Below are positions 12,250 through 25,897 of a DNA stretch of 64,000 bases, one piece after another. Source of the DNA: an uncultured Actinomycetota bacterium (GTDB lineage Bacteria; Actinomycetota; Actinomycetes; Propionibacteriales; Nocardioidaceae). Below the pieces are notes generated by a model, which was given only the letters and a program-made list of their open reading frames with translations, was not told where the DNA came from and made no database searches. The stretch lies in NCBI GenBank assembly GCA_963716655.1, contig CAVQTV010000003.1, forward strand, positions 55,820 through 119,819, read 5' to 3'. Numbering within the stretch: position 1 is the first letter of the stretch; every line of letters begins with the position of its first letter. The position numbers and the translations under genes were made by a program.

Positions 12250-13390
12250 CTGAACGACTCGCCGCGCTCCTGCGCGAAGAGGCCGAGCACCTGCACGTCC
12301 CGCCGCCCCCGACCACCGCCATCCTGGGCGCCGGCCGCCGGATGCGCCGGACGCCGGCGGCTGACCGCCGGGGTCGCCGGGGTCGCGGCGGTCGCCGCGG
12401 TCTCGGTCGTGGCCGTGACGGTCGGCGCAGCCGGCTGCCTGAGCGGCGACGGTCCCACCTCGGGCCTGCCGGCGGCGACCGCCGCCCAGCTCGAGGGCTG
12501 GGCGGTCGCGTCGGGCTCGAGCGTCCACGCTCGGCGAACGGGCGCACGGTCGAGGTCGACGGCACGGTGCAGTCGATCTACTTCACCTCGGCCGGCGTGC
12601 TGGTGCGGTCCGGCAAGGACGCCCGGACCGACTCGGCCGAGTCCTCGTACTCGCTCATCGACGAGTCCGGTGACGTCACCGACTTCACCCGTCGAGCTCG
12701 GCGAACCGGGCGCCGGGCACCGATCCCGAGCAGCCCTTCCTCGTGTACGCCGAGCCGACCGGCGACCCGCGACAGTGGGACGTCGTGGTCCGCGACGTCC
12801 GGACCGGCGAGGTCGTGCAGACCGTGCCGGTCGACGGGGCCTTCACGTGGGGCGGCTGGGTGGCACCGCCGGTCTCGCTGTCCGGCTCGCACGCCTACGT
12901 CGGGCTGGACCACGCCACGCTCGACATCGACCTCGACACCGCGACGGTCTCCGAGTCCGTGCTGCCGCCGAGCACCATGCCCTCCGTCCAGAGCGGGCGC
13001 GAGGTCGTGGAGGACGACCGGGCCGGCACCGCCGGTGCGGTCGACGCGCAGACCGGCGCGCTGCTGTTCGAGCTCCGTCAGGGCGACCGGCTGTTGTCCC
13101 TCTCCCCCGACGGCCGCTTCGCGATCGCCTACCCGTGGCGGACCTGCGAGGAGAGCGACAGGTGCACGTGGGACCTGCCGACCGTGATCGTCCACGACCT
13201 CGCCACCGACTCGCAGCGGGAGTTCGACATCACCGACACGAGCTTCGGCTGGACACCGGACGGCGACCTGCTGCTGGTCGACGACACGACGGTCGACGTC
13301 TGCGACGCCGCCTCCGGCGTGTGCCGGTCCACCCCCGTCGACGTCGACGGCGAGAACCTGCGGCTCGGCGGGACCAACTACGAACTCTGA
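12246..13390 (+). CDS. Putative anti-sigma membrane protein with extracellular beta-propeller-like domain (frameshifted)
   Basis: ATGA overlap with the sigma gene. Short basic N-terminus, one TM, then beta-repeat motifs [10 protein letters not shown] and GWTPDGDLL. Confidence 0.6.
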
Positions 13391-13412
13391 CGACCTCGTA
13401 GGCTGCGGCGTC

Positions 13413-16047
<2,635 letters not shown>

Positions 16048-16140
16048 TCAGACTCCGGTCTAGACCAGTCCTGAACGGGGAGGGAAGAAGTCTGAGAAAT
16101 CTCGGTTGGTCAGGAATGGGGTCGATGCTTACGCTGTTCC

Positions 16141-16169
16141 GGATGAAACGAAACCGTTTCGTTTCATCC
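16141..16169. promoter_or_regulatory. Perfect 14-bp inverted repeat; probable TetR operator
   Basis: GGATGAAACGAAAC-C-GTTTCGTTTCATCC, AT-rich, ending 33 nt before the TetR start. Confidence 0.75.
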
Positions 16170-16202
16170 AGGTAAACAGCAACCGACTTCCCGAGGAACC
16201 CG

Positions 16203-16797
16203 ATGACCCCCACCGAGCGGCCCCGCGTCGAGGGCGACCGCGAGCAGCAGATCCTGGACGCCACGCTCGAGGTGCTCGCCGACGTCGGCTACGACCGGCT
16301 CACCATGGACGCCGTCGCCGCCTTGGCGAAGGCCTCCAAGGCGACGCTCTACCGCCGGTGGAACAACAAGGTCAGCCTGGTCATCGAGGCGCTCCAGCAC
16401 ACCAAGGGCCCCCACCGAGGCCCCTGACACCGGCTCGCTCCGCGGCGACCTCCAGGCCGCGTTCTGCGGCATGGGCGGCCTGGCCGACCCCACCGAGGTG
16501 GCCCGGTTCGCGAGCGTGCTCACCGCGATCGCCCGGGACAAAGACTTCGCCGAGGCGTTCCGCACCGAGGTGATCGGCCCCAAGATCGCCCGCTCCCAGC
16601 TGATCTGGCAGCGAGCCAGGGAGCGCGGCGAGTTGCGCGACGACATCGACCTCACGCTGCTCGAGCCGGCCCTCGCCGGGATCGTCCTGCACCGCGTGTT
16701 TCTCCTGGGCGAGCAGCCCGACGCCGACCTGATCACCCGCGTGATCGACCAGATCATCCTGCCGGCCGCGACCTGCGCCCCGGCGACGCCCCACTGA
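16203..16797 (+). CDS. TetR/AcrR family transcriptional regulator (frameshifted)
   Basis: HTH ILDATLEVLADVGYDRLTMDAVAALAKASKATLYRRW; C-terminal RARERGEL. Confidence 0.9.
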
Positions 16798-16819
16798 CCC
16801 CTGACAGAAGGATCTTCTG

Positions 16820-18391
16820 ATGACCGACGTGGCAAGCGCCGCGAGCACCAGCTCCGGCAAGAAGCTGCACCTCGGATGGGCACTCGTGCTCATCTCCGTG
16901 GCTCAGCTGATGGTGGTGCTCGACGGCACCATCGTGAACATCGCTCTCCCCTTCATCCAGCACGACCTCGGCATCTCGCAGGCGAACCTGACGCTGGGTC
17001 GTCACCGGGTACGCCCTCGCCTTCGGCAGCCTGCTGCTGCTCGGCGGACGCCTCGGCGACCTCTACGGCCGGCGCAAGGTCTTCATGATCGGCCTGGTCA
17101 TCTTCGGCGTGGCCTCGCTGCTCGGTGGTCTCGCCAACAGCGAGGCCACCCTGCTCGCCGCCCGGGCCCTCCAGGGCCTCGGCGCCGCGCTCGCGTCGCC
17201 CGCCGCCCTGGCGCTGATCGCCACGACGTTCCCCGCCGGTCCGGCCCGCAACCGGGCGTTCGCGGTGTACGCCGCGATGTCCGGCGTCGGCGCGGCCGTC
17301 GGCCTGCTGCTCGGCGGCTGGCTGACCGGCACCAACCTCGAGCTGTTCGGCACCGACATCGACGGCTGGCGGCTCACCCTGCTGATCAACGTGCCGATCG
17401 GCATCGTCGCCGCACTGCTCGCGCCGCGCTTCCTCAACGAGTCCGAGTCCCACCCGGGCGAGCTCGACCTGCCCGGCGCGGTCACCGGCACCTTCGGCCT
17501 GCTCGGTCTCGTGTACGGCATCAGCCGCGCCGGCACCGAGGGCTGGGGCGACACCTGGACGATCGCCAGCCTGGTCGCCGGCGTGGCGCTGCTCGCCGCT
17601 GTTCCTGTTCGTCGAGAGCCGGGTCGAGCACCCGCTGCTGCCGACCCGGGTGTTCGCCAACCGCACCCGCGCGGCGAGCTATCGTGGCGATGTTCTTCGC
17701 CCCGGCCGCGATGTTCGCGATGTTCTACTACCTCAGCCAGTACATCCAGAGCGTGATGGGCTACAGCTCGATCGAGGCCGGCGTCGCGTTCCTGCCGTTC
17801 TGCATCGGCCTCGTCGCCGCGGCCGGGATCTCGTCGAACCTGATCAACCGGATCGACCCGCGGATCCTCGCGGGCGTCGGCACCCTGATGGCGGCCGTCG
17901 CGCTGTTCGGCTTCTCGCGGATCCCCAACGACATCACGCTGCCGATCGAGGACGTCGCGGCGAACTACTGGACCGACCTGCTGCCGTACATCGTCCTGAT
18001 GGCCTTCGGCATGGGGATGACGTTCGTGCCGCTGACCCTCACCGCGGTGCACCACCTGCGCAACGAGGACACGGGCATCGGCTCCGGCGTGCTGAACACC
18101 ATGCAGCAGGTCGGCGGCGCGCTCGGCCTGTCGCTGCTGGCCACCGTCGCCAACCAGACGATGGACGACCTGACCGCGAGCCTGACCAAGGCCGCCGAGC
18201 AGGCGGGCGTGGCAGCCGGACCGATCCCGGAGGCGGTCATCCACCAGGTCTTCGCGGCCGGCGCGAGCGACGCGTTCCTGTTCGGCTCGGGCCTGATGCT
18301 CATCGCCTCGCTGGTCACCTGGGTCTTCCTGAACGTGAAGCACGAGGAACTGGCGACCGACGGCCCGGAGACGGTCCCGGTCCACGTCTGA
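16820..18391 (+). CDS. MFS efflux transporter, DHA2 (EmrB/QacA) type (frameshifted)
   Basis: QLMVVLDGTIVNIALP, ARALQGLGAA, INVPIG and NTMQQVGGALG motifs. Confidence 0.9.
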   Translation: MTDVASAASTSSGKKLHLGWALVLISVAQLMVVLDGTIVNIALPFIQHDLGISQANLTLGRHRVRPRLRQPAAARRTPRRPLRPAQGLHDRPGHLRRGLAARWSRQQRGHPARRPGPPGPRRRARVARRPGADRHDVPRRSGPQPGVRGVRRDVRRRRGRRPAARRLADRHQPRAVRHRHRRLAAHPADQRADRHRRRTARAALPQRVRVPPGRARPARRGHRHLRPARSRVRHQPRRHRGLGRHLDDRQPGRRRGAARRCSCSSRAGSSTRCCRPGCSPTAPARRAIVAMFFAPAAMFAMFYYLSQYIQSVMGYSSIEAGVAFLPFCIGLVAAAGISSNLINRIDPRILAGVGTLMAAVALFGFSRIPNDITLPIEDVAANYWTDLLPYIVLMAFGMGMTFVPLTLTAVHHLRNEDTGIGSGVLNTMQQVGGALGLSLLATVANQTMDDLTASLTKAAEQAGVAAGPIPEAVIHQVFAAGASDAFLFGSGLMLIASLVTWVFLNVKHEELATDGPETVPVHV

Positions 18392-18408
18392 CCGCAACAC
18401 CCTCACGT

Positions 18409-18437
18409 CGACCCGCCCGAGTCACTCGGGCGGGTCG
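18409..18437. terminator. Hairpin between convergent MFS and PfpI genes
   Basis: CGACCCGCCCGAGT-C-ACTCGGGCGGGTCG, a 14-bp inverted repeat. Confidence 0.75.
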
Positions 18438-18446
18438 CCGTGCATT

Positions 18447-18983
18447 TCAGGCTGAGTGCGTCCTCGAGCGCCTTCACGAACGCCGGCAGGTCGTCCGGGC
18501 TGCGGCTGGTGATCAGGTTGCCGTCGACGACCACCTCGTCGTCGATCCACGTGCCGCCCGCGTTCCGTACGTCGTCGGCGAGCGTGTGGTAGCTGGTGAG
18601 CCGTCGGCCGCGGGCCAGGCCCGCCGAGACCAGCAGCCAGGGTCCGTGACAGATGACCGCCAGCGGCAGCTTGTCCTCCATCGCCTGCCGCAGGATGTCC
18701 TGCGCCCGCTCGTCGACGCGGAGCCGGTCGGCGTTCACGGTGCCGCCTGGAACGACGAGGGCGTCGATCCGGGTCGCGTCGAGGTCGTCCAGGTGCCGTC
18801 GACGTCCACCTGCTGCGTGGGCTCGATGTCGCCCTGCACTGCCTGGATCGGATCGCCGGACGGGGAGTAGATCCTGACGGTCGCACCCGCCTCGCGGAGC
18901 TGGTCGCGCGGTCGGACGAGCTCGGGCTCCTCGAAGAAGTCGCTCGCGATGATGGCTACGGTCTTGCCGGTCAGGTCGCTCAT
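18447..18983 (-). CDS. PfpI/DJ-1 family (type 1 glutamine amidotransferase-like) stress protein (frameshifted; 3' end approximate)
   Basis: FEEPEL, PGG..NADRLR, AVICHGPWLL and VVDGNLITSRSPDDLPAF motifs. GGGTAC (SigB/SigF-like -10) lies just upstream. Confidence 0.88.
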
Positions 18984-19011
18984 GCCCTCCCGGTACCCAC
19001 CGGGCCGACCG

Positions 19012-20124
19012 TCAGAACTCCGAGTCGAGCACTTCCTTGTCGGTCTCGAGGCCGAGCCGGCGGTCGTCGAGGTAGCCCCTGAGCAGGCTCCACTGGGACA
19101 GCATCTCCACGCCACCGCGGTCCTCGGGCACCGCGACGTCGGCGAACCGGACGGCGACGAGCTCGTCCTCGCGGACGCCGACCGCCCAGACCTCGCCGGT
19201 GCCCTTCGGCCCCGGCACCCAGGCGAGGTAGCGCGGCCCCCTACGGCCGTCGGCCTCGATGCAGCGCCCGGCGAAGCGCGGCGTGGCGCAGACGTCGTCG
19301 TTCATCCACGACGGGAGCTGCGGGGCAGCCAGTACGTCGATCGTCATCGCCGGGTAGTTCCGCCCGGTCCCCTCCAGGTCGAAGCGGCCGCCGATGGCGC
19401 CGTCGCCGAGCTCCGCCTTCAGCGGCGACGGCCGCAGCCGGTGGTAGTAGGAGTAGCCGCCGAAGTGCAGCCAGTAGCTCCACGCGACGGCCTGGTCGGT
19501 GGACGGCACCCGGTCGTAGGCGTGCGGGTCGGGCTCGCCGCCGTCCCAGTCGTCGAGGTCGGCGCCGGCGTCGACGACGGCCTGGCTGGTGGTCAGGCTG
19601 ATCCGCGGGTCCTGGGCGATCGCCTCGAGGGTCTCGATCGGGATCTCCAGGTCCTGCTCGCGCGGGTCACCGGTGATCGTGTCACCGAACCAGCTGACCG
19701 ACACCGTCTCGTCCTCGCGCTGCAGGACGACCGAGACGTAGCCGGGGTCCTCCTCGGGCTCTTCCAAGGTCCAGGCCAGCGTCAACCGGCCACCGTCGAC
19801 GTCGCGGCCCTCGCAGCTGTCGCCACGGTCGGCGCACAGGTCCTCCGGCCCGGCCCCGGGCTGCAGGAAGACCCGCAGCAGGTCGCCGTCGTCGCCCGCT
19901 CCGGCCGGGTAGCGCAGGTCGGCGCCGAGCGCGCCCTTCGGGTCGCTGCGGTCGGTGTACGTCGCCTCGCGGCTGCTGGTGTCCTCCGGCGCGTGCTCCA
20001 GCGCCATCGCCGCGATCGCGCGCTGCGTGATCGGGACGTCGCCGTCGCTGGTGACCGGTGGGCCCTCGTCGCCGCAGCCGGTGATGAGGAATGCGATCAG
20101 CAGCAGGAACCCGAGACGTCGCAC
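19012..20124 (-). CDS. Hypothetical acidic lipoprotein
   Basis: Intact 370-aa ORF with lipobox LITGC. Two Cys pairs suggest two related subdomains. Confidence 0.7.
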   Translation of the reverse strand: MRRLGFLLLIAFLITGCGDEGPPVTSDGDVPITQRAIAAMALEHAPEDTSSREATYTDRSDPKGALGADLRYPAGAGDDGDLLRVFLQPGAGPEDLCADRGDSCEGRDVDGGRLTLAWTLEEPEEDPGYVSVVLQREDETVSVSWFGDTITGDPREQDLEIPIETLEAIAQDPRISLTTSQAVVDAGADLDDWDGGEPDPHAYDRVPSTDQAVAWSYWLHFGGYSYYHRLRPSPLKAELGDGAIGGRFDLEGTGRNYPAMTIDVLAAPQLPSWMNDDVCATPRFAGRCIEADGRRGPRYLAWVPGPKGTGEVWAVGVREDELVAVRFADVAVPEDRGGVEMLSQWSLLRGYLDDRRLGLETDKEVLDSEF

Positions 20125-20128
20125 CCGG

Positions 20129-21127
20129 TCAGCGTAGGTTGGCGGCGGTCCGGGTCAGGAGCCCGAGGGCGGTGCGAGCCCAGGTGGGCGACGCCCCGGC
20201 GAGGCCGCAGGCCGGCGTGACGACCAGCCGCTCCCCCACCTCGGCCGGGTCGAGCCCGAGCATGTCCAGCCAGCGCAGCACGCGCTCGGTGAGCTGGGTG
20301 TCGGTCGGCTCGGCCGCCGGGTCGGTGCCGGGGACGACGCCGAGCGCGACGGTCTCGCCGGCCTCGAGCGCCTCCGCGAGCGCGTCGTGGTCGGCGGCCG
20401 ACAGCACCGCCGAGGTCGACCGACAGCCCGCGGGCACCCGCACCCGCGCAGCAGCGCCAGCGGCGCCCCGGCGGCGCAGGTGTGCACCCACGGCTCGGCT
20501 CCCGCGCCCGTCGATCGCGTCGAGCACCCAGCCCAGCGCCTCGGACGCCTCGGGCGGGTGCACGACCCGGTGCCGGCCGAAGCCCGGACGCGGTCGGCAC
20601 CTTGCCGTCGAGCACGGCGGTGAGCGCCGGCTCGTCGACCTGGACGACCAGCCGCTCCACGCCGGGCAGCCGCCGTCGTACGTCGGCGACGTGGTCGCGC
20701 AGGCCCTCGGCCAGCGCCTGGGCGAGCTCGCGCCGGGCACCGTGGTCGCTGAGCACCTTGTCGCCGCGCGGCTTCTCGACGGTCGCGGCCAGCGTCCACG
20801 GGCCGGCGACCTGGATCTTGAAGGCCCCGGTGTAGCCCTGGGCCTGCTCCTCGAGCGCGTCGAGGTCCTGGCCGAGCAGGCTGCGGGCGCGGCGGTGGTC
20901 GATGCCGGCCGCGTCGGTGAGCCGCCAGCCCGCAGGCTGGAGGTCGGCGCCGAGGTCGGCGACCACGGCCAGCGCCCGGCCGGTCATGTTCGCGGTCGCT
21001 CCGCGGCCCGGGCACCTCCGGCAGGTGCGGCAGGTCGGGGAGCTCGCCGAGGACGATGCGCACCGCCTCGTCGTAGTCGTGCTGGTCCTCGCCCGGGTAG
21101 CGACCCGACGCCGGTGGCGAGCGTCAT
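20129..21127 (-). CDS. Cobalamin-independent methionine synthase catalytic-domain-only protein (frameshifted)
   Basis: [21 protein letters not shown] and VVQVDEPAL; probable Zn ligands in WVHTC and VTPACGL. Confidence 0.8.
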
Positions 21128-22211
21128 CCGGTGGCCGCGATGGTGGCCGAGCCGACGACGCGGGTGCCGTCGTAGAGGACGGCGGCCTGGCCGGGCGCGA
21201 TGCCGTACGCCGGCTCGAGCAGCTCGATGTCGACGGTCTCGCCCCACTCGCACCCGGGCCGGTGCTCGTCGCCGTGCGCGCGCAGCTGGACGGTGCCGGC
21301 GAGCTCGCCGGGCACGGTGCCGCACCAGCGCGGCTTGATGCCGCGGAGCCGGTGCGACCGCGAGCCGCTCGCGCGGGCCGACGGTGACGGTGCCGGAGAC
21401 CGGCTCGATGTCGAGCACGAAGCGCGGCTTGCCGTCCGGCGCCGGGTGGCCGAGCCGCAGCCCGCGGCGCTGGCCGATCGTGAAGCCGTAGGTGCCCTCG
21501 TGGGTGCCCGAGCACCTCGCCGCGCCTCGTCGACGATGTCGCCGCCGTGGTTGGGCGCCCGGTCGCCGAGCTTCTCGCGCAGCCAGCCGGCGTTGTCGCC
21601 GTCGGCGACGAAGCAGATGTCGTGGCTGTCCGGCTTGTCGGCGACCAGCAGCCCGCGCGCGGCGGCCTCGCGGCGTACGTCGGCCTTGGTGGAGTCGCCG
21701 AGCGGGAACAGCGAGTGCGCGCAGCTGCTCCTGGTCGAGCACGCCGAGCACGTAGGACTGGTCCTTGCCGTGGTCGACCGCGCGGTGCATCTCGATCAGC
21801 CCGTCCGGCGCCGGTGCGCAGCTGCGCGTAGTGGCCGGTGGCGACCGCGTCGAAGCCGAGCCCCAGCGCCCGGTCGAGGACGGCGGCGAACTTGATCTTC
21901 TCGTTGCAGCGCAGGCACGGGTTGGGCGTGCGGCCGGCGGCGTACTCGTCCATGAAGTCCTCGACCACGTCCTCGTGGAAGCGGTCGCTCAGGTCCCAGA
22001 CGTAGAACGGGATGCCGATGACGTCGGCCGCCCGGCGGGCGTCGTTGCTGTCCTCGATCGTGCAGCAGCCGCGGGCGCCGGAGCGGTACGACGCCGGGTT
22101 GCGCGACAGCGCCAGGTGGATGCCGGTGACGTCGTGGCCGGCCTCGACCGCGCGGGCGGCGGCGACGGCGGAGTCGACGCCGCCGGACATGGCAGCGACG
22201 ACCTTCGTCAT
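21124..22211 (-). CDS. mnmA: tRNA 2-thiouridine(34) synthase (frameshifted)
   Basis: [10 protein letters not shown]-loop, [37 protein letters not shown] and PGQAAVLY. Confidence 0.95.
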
Positions 22212-23388
22212 CGCTTCGCCGCCCGGGCGCGTTCGACGACGGGGCCGATCGCCTCGACGACGCGCGTCGACGTCGGCGCTGGGTCGAGGTGTGGCCGAGC
22301 GAGAAGCGCAGCGAGTGCCGCGCGGCCTCGTCGCCGCGGCCCATCGCGAGCAGCACGTGCGAGGGCTGGGGCACGCCGGCCGAGCAGGCCGAGCCGGTCG
22401 AGCACTCGATGCCGCGGGCGTCGAGCAGCATCAGCAGCGAGTCGCCCTCGCAGCCGGGGAAGCCGAGGTGCGCGTTGCCGGGCAGCCGGCCGCTGACCGG
22501 GTCGCCGTGCAGGTGCGCGTCGGGGACGACCTCGATCACCCGGCGGACCAGGTCGTCGCGCAGCGCCGCCGACCCGGGCGGCGTGCTCGGCCTGGTGCTT
22601 GACCGCGAGCTCGACCGCGGCGGCGAAGCCGGCGATCGCCGGGCGGGTCGATGGTGCCGCTGCGGATGTCGCGCTCCTGGCCGCCGCCGTGCACCAGCGC
22701 GGTCACGCCGACGCTCGCGGCGTACGACGAGCGCGCCGACGCCGTACGGCCCGCCGACCTTGTGGCCGGTGAGGGTGAGCGCGTCGACGCCGGACGCGGC
22801 GAAGTCGACCGGCACCGCCCCGACCGCCTGCACGGCGTCGGTGTGCACCGGGATGCCGTGCTCGGCGGCGAGCGCGACGACCTCGTCGATCGGCTGCAGG
22901 GTGCCGACCTCGTTGTTGGCCCACATCACCGAGATCAGCGCGACCGAGCCCGGGTCGCGCTCGACCGCCGCGCGCAGCGCGTCGACGTCGAGCCGGGCCT
23001 GCTGGTCGACCGGCAGCAGCTCGACCTCGGCGCCCTCGGCCTCGCCGAGCCAGTGCAGCGGGTCGAGGACGGCGTGGTGCTCGACGGCGGTGGACAGGAT
23101 GCGGGTGCGGCGCGGGTCGGCGGCGCGGCGCGACCAGTAGATGCCCTTGAGCGCGAGGTTGTCGGCCTCGGTGCCGCCGGAGGTGAACACCACCTCGCCG
23201 GGCCGGCAGCCGAGCGCCTGCGCGATCGTCTCGCGCGACTCCTCGACGATCCGCCGGGCGCGCCGCCCGGAGGCGTGCAGCGAGCTGGGGTTGCCGACGT
23301 CGAGCAGGTGCGCCGTCATCGCCTCGACGGCCGCCGGGACCATCGGGGTCGTGGCAGCGTGGTCGAGGTAGACGGTCGGGCTGGTCAT
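22208..23388 (-). CDS. iscS: Cysteine desulfurase (IscS/NifS type; frameshifted)
   Basis: [42 protein letters not shown] and STGSACS. Confidence 0.9.
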
Positions 23389-23426
23389 CGCACCGACCAG
23401 CGTACGACCTGCCGCCGGGCAGGCGA

Positions 23427-23454
23427 ACGGCCCGGTGCCGAAGCACCGGGCCGT
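23427..23454 (-). terminator. 12-bp hairpin with UUCG loop downstream of the 23474-24070 gene
   Basis: Minus strand ACGGCCCGGTGC-TTCG-GCACCGGGCCGT. Confidence 0.75.
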
Positions 23455-23473
23455 CCTGACGTGACGTGCGGTA

Positions 23474-24070
23474 CTACTTGGTCACCTTGAGGGTGCCGAG
23501 CTTGGTCGGCTCACCCTTGTCGACCGCGCAGCCCAGGTTCTCCAGCAGCGGGGCGCCGTCGGGGAACGTCGCGGTGTACTGGGTGATGCTGAACAGGAAC
23601 TTGGTCGGGATCTTCACGGTGTAGGTGCCCGGCTTCGCGATCGAGAACGACGCGGCCTTGCCCTTGGCGACGACGTTGAAGCCGCCGGTGTCGGGGACCG
23701 CGGTCTTCGCGGACTTCACACCCGTGACCGGGATCTTCGTCGCGCCGGCCGAGGCCTTGACCTTGTTGGCGGTGACCGCGATGTGCGTGACCTCGAGGGC
23801 GCGGAGCAGGTCCGCGGTGCCGGAGGAGATCGAGGCGACGAGCTTGACCGGCTTCCCGGGAACCGTCTTGCCCTTCTTGACCCTGACCGGCAGGTCCATC
23901 GTGGTCTTGATGTCGAACTTCTGCGGACCGAAGTCGCTGTCACAGGTGAAGCCGCTCTTCACGGACGAGACCTGGGCCTGGGCGGCCGGGGCCGCCACGA
24001 GGACGGTGCCGACGGCGAGCGCGGTGGTGGCGCCGAGCGCGACCAGCCGGGAGATGTGCTTCGAGATCAA
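23474..24070 (-). CDS. Secreted Lys-rich beta-sandwich protein (unknown function)
   Basis: TTG start after a GAGGGA RBS; signal peptide ending AAQA; Cys near each end; beta-rich; ends LGTLKVTK. Confidence 0.65.
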   Translation of the reverse strand: MISKHISRLVALGATTALAVGTVLVAAPAAQAQVSSVKSGFTCDSDFGPQKFDIKTTMDLPVRVKKGKTVPGKPVKLVASISSGTADLLRALEVTHIAVTANKVKASAGATKIPVTGVKSAKTAVPDTGGFNVVAKGKAASFSIAKPGTYTVKIPTKFLFSITQYTATFPDGAPLLENLGCAVDKGEPTKLGTLKVTK

Positions 24071-24148
24071 CGGACTTCCCTCTCCGAGAGCCGCACCCCC
24101 CTCGGGCGCGGACGGTTCTCCGACAGTAGACGTCCGGAACAAGCACGG

Positions 24149-25123
24149 CTACTTCGAGGCGACCTCGGCGACCACCACGCGGTGGTCGCTGTCCGGACAG
24201 CCGGAGCGTGCGCATGGTCAGGCGCCGCGAGCCGCGGGCCGACCAGCACGTGGTCGATCTGGACGAGGCTGGGCACCGACACGCCGAGCAACTCGACGGC
24301 GTCGCCGGACGGCCAGGTCGGCTGCCAGCCCTCGTTCGCGAGCTCCCCGACGTCGCGGTAGCCGGCGTCGGCGAGGGAGCGCATCGGCTCGTGGTCCGCG
24401 GTGGCGTTGAAGTCGCCGACGACCAGGTCGGGGTCGTGCTCAGCCACCGCCTGCTGCAGCTCGGCCAGGTCGGCGCGCCAGAGCGTCGGGCTCGGTCGGC
24501 GCCCACGGGTGCACGCCCAGGACCGTCAGGTCGCCCATGCCCACCGCCCACCCGTCGTGGTAGGTCCGCAGCGGCTCCGCGGACCCGAGCTGGGTGCGCG
24601 CGAACAGCATGGTGCCGTTGCCCTGGGTGCCGGGCTCGCCGGCGCGGTACGGCAGCAGCTCGTCCAGGCCGGCCCGCTCCATGTCGGCGAGGTCGGCCGG
24701 TGCGATCTCCTGCACCACCAGCAGGTCGACGTCCTCGTCGCTGGCCAGCGGCCACCAGCTCGATGCCGTCGCCCGCCCTGCCGATGTTGGCGGACATCAC
24801 CACGAGCGGCTCCGCTCCGTCCGCCGCGGGCGGGTTCGCGCCGCTCACCTGCGGAGCGAACCACCAGGCGTGCGCCACCAGCCCGATCACGGCCACGACC
24901 GCGAGGACCGCGGCGGCCGAGCGCACTCGCCGGTCCACCAGCAGCCGGACGGCGAGCAGCACCAGCGCGGCGGCGTACAGCACCAGGCCCAACGGGGTGA
25001 ACGCCTCGAGCTGGATCCAGAACTCCGCGTCCGGCTCGACGAGCCGGGCGAAGGTGAGCGCCGCGGCCGGAACCAGCAAGAGGGCGACGACACACCCAGA
25101 AGACCACACACCCGTGCCCGCAC
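24149..25123 (-). CDS. Endonuclease/exonuclease/phosphatase family membrane protein (frameshifted)
   Basis: N-terminal TMs, then VMSAN, VVQE, VVGDFNAT and IDHVLV motifs. Confidence 0.85.
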
Positions 25124-25156
25124 GGGCAGAACCTACCGCTGACCTAGGGTGTGCGC

Positions 25157-25897
25157 GTGATCGCGCGCATCGGCGGAGCGCTTCTCGCGCTTGTGCTCCT
25201 GATGGCCTGCCAGGACGACGGCGGGGACACCGAGCCGGAGGCGGCGCCGATGCCGAGCCCTGCCTCGTCCGCACCCGCGCCCGAGGTTCCGGCGTGCGCC
25301 GCCGACGCCGGCGGCGAGCTGCGTGTCGGCGACCACCGGCGACGGCCACGAGTTCGACCATCCTCCTGCTCGGGACCGGCTCGGCCGGGGTGGTGCTGCT
25401 CCCCCAGGACGACGGCGACATCTGCCAGTGGCTGGCCTACGGCCAGGAGCTCGCCGCTTCCTACCGCGTCGCGCTCGTCGACTGGGCCGAGCCGCGGACC
25501 GAGGTGCCCGCGCTCGCGGCGGCCGCCCTGCGGGCCGCCGGCGCCCAGGACGTCGTGCTCGGCGGTGCGTCCTACGGCGGCGCCACCGTGATGTCCGAGG
25601 CACACGGGGTGCGGCCGGCACCCGGCCGGAGTCTTCTCCCTCGGCGGCGAGCTCACCCTGCCGGGCCACGACTTCCGCCCCGGGATCCGGAAGTGGCGCG
25701 GACCGCTGCTCGAGATCAGCAGCCGAGAGGACTTCTACTTCGACAGCGCGGACGCCCGCGAGCTGCGCACCCTGCACCCGGGGCCCGAGACCATCGTCAT
25801 GCTGCCCGGCGGGACGCACGGCCTCGACCTGCTGGACGGTCCGGATCAGAACCGGGTGCGCGCGGAGATCGAGCAGTTCCTGGAGCAGGTGCTCTAG
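25157..25897 (+). CDS. Alpha/beta hydrolase-fold lipoprotein (frameshifted)
   Basis: Lipobox LLMAC, GASYGG nucleophile elbow and C-terminal PGGTHG. Confidence 0.65.
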
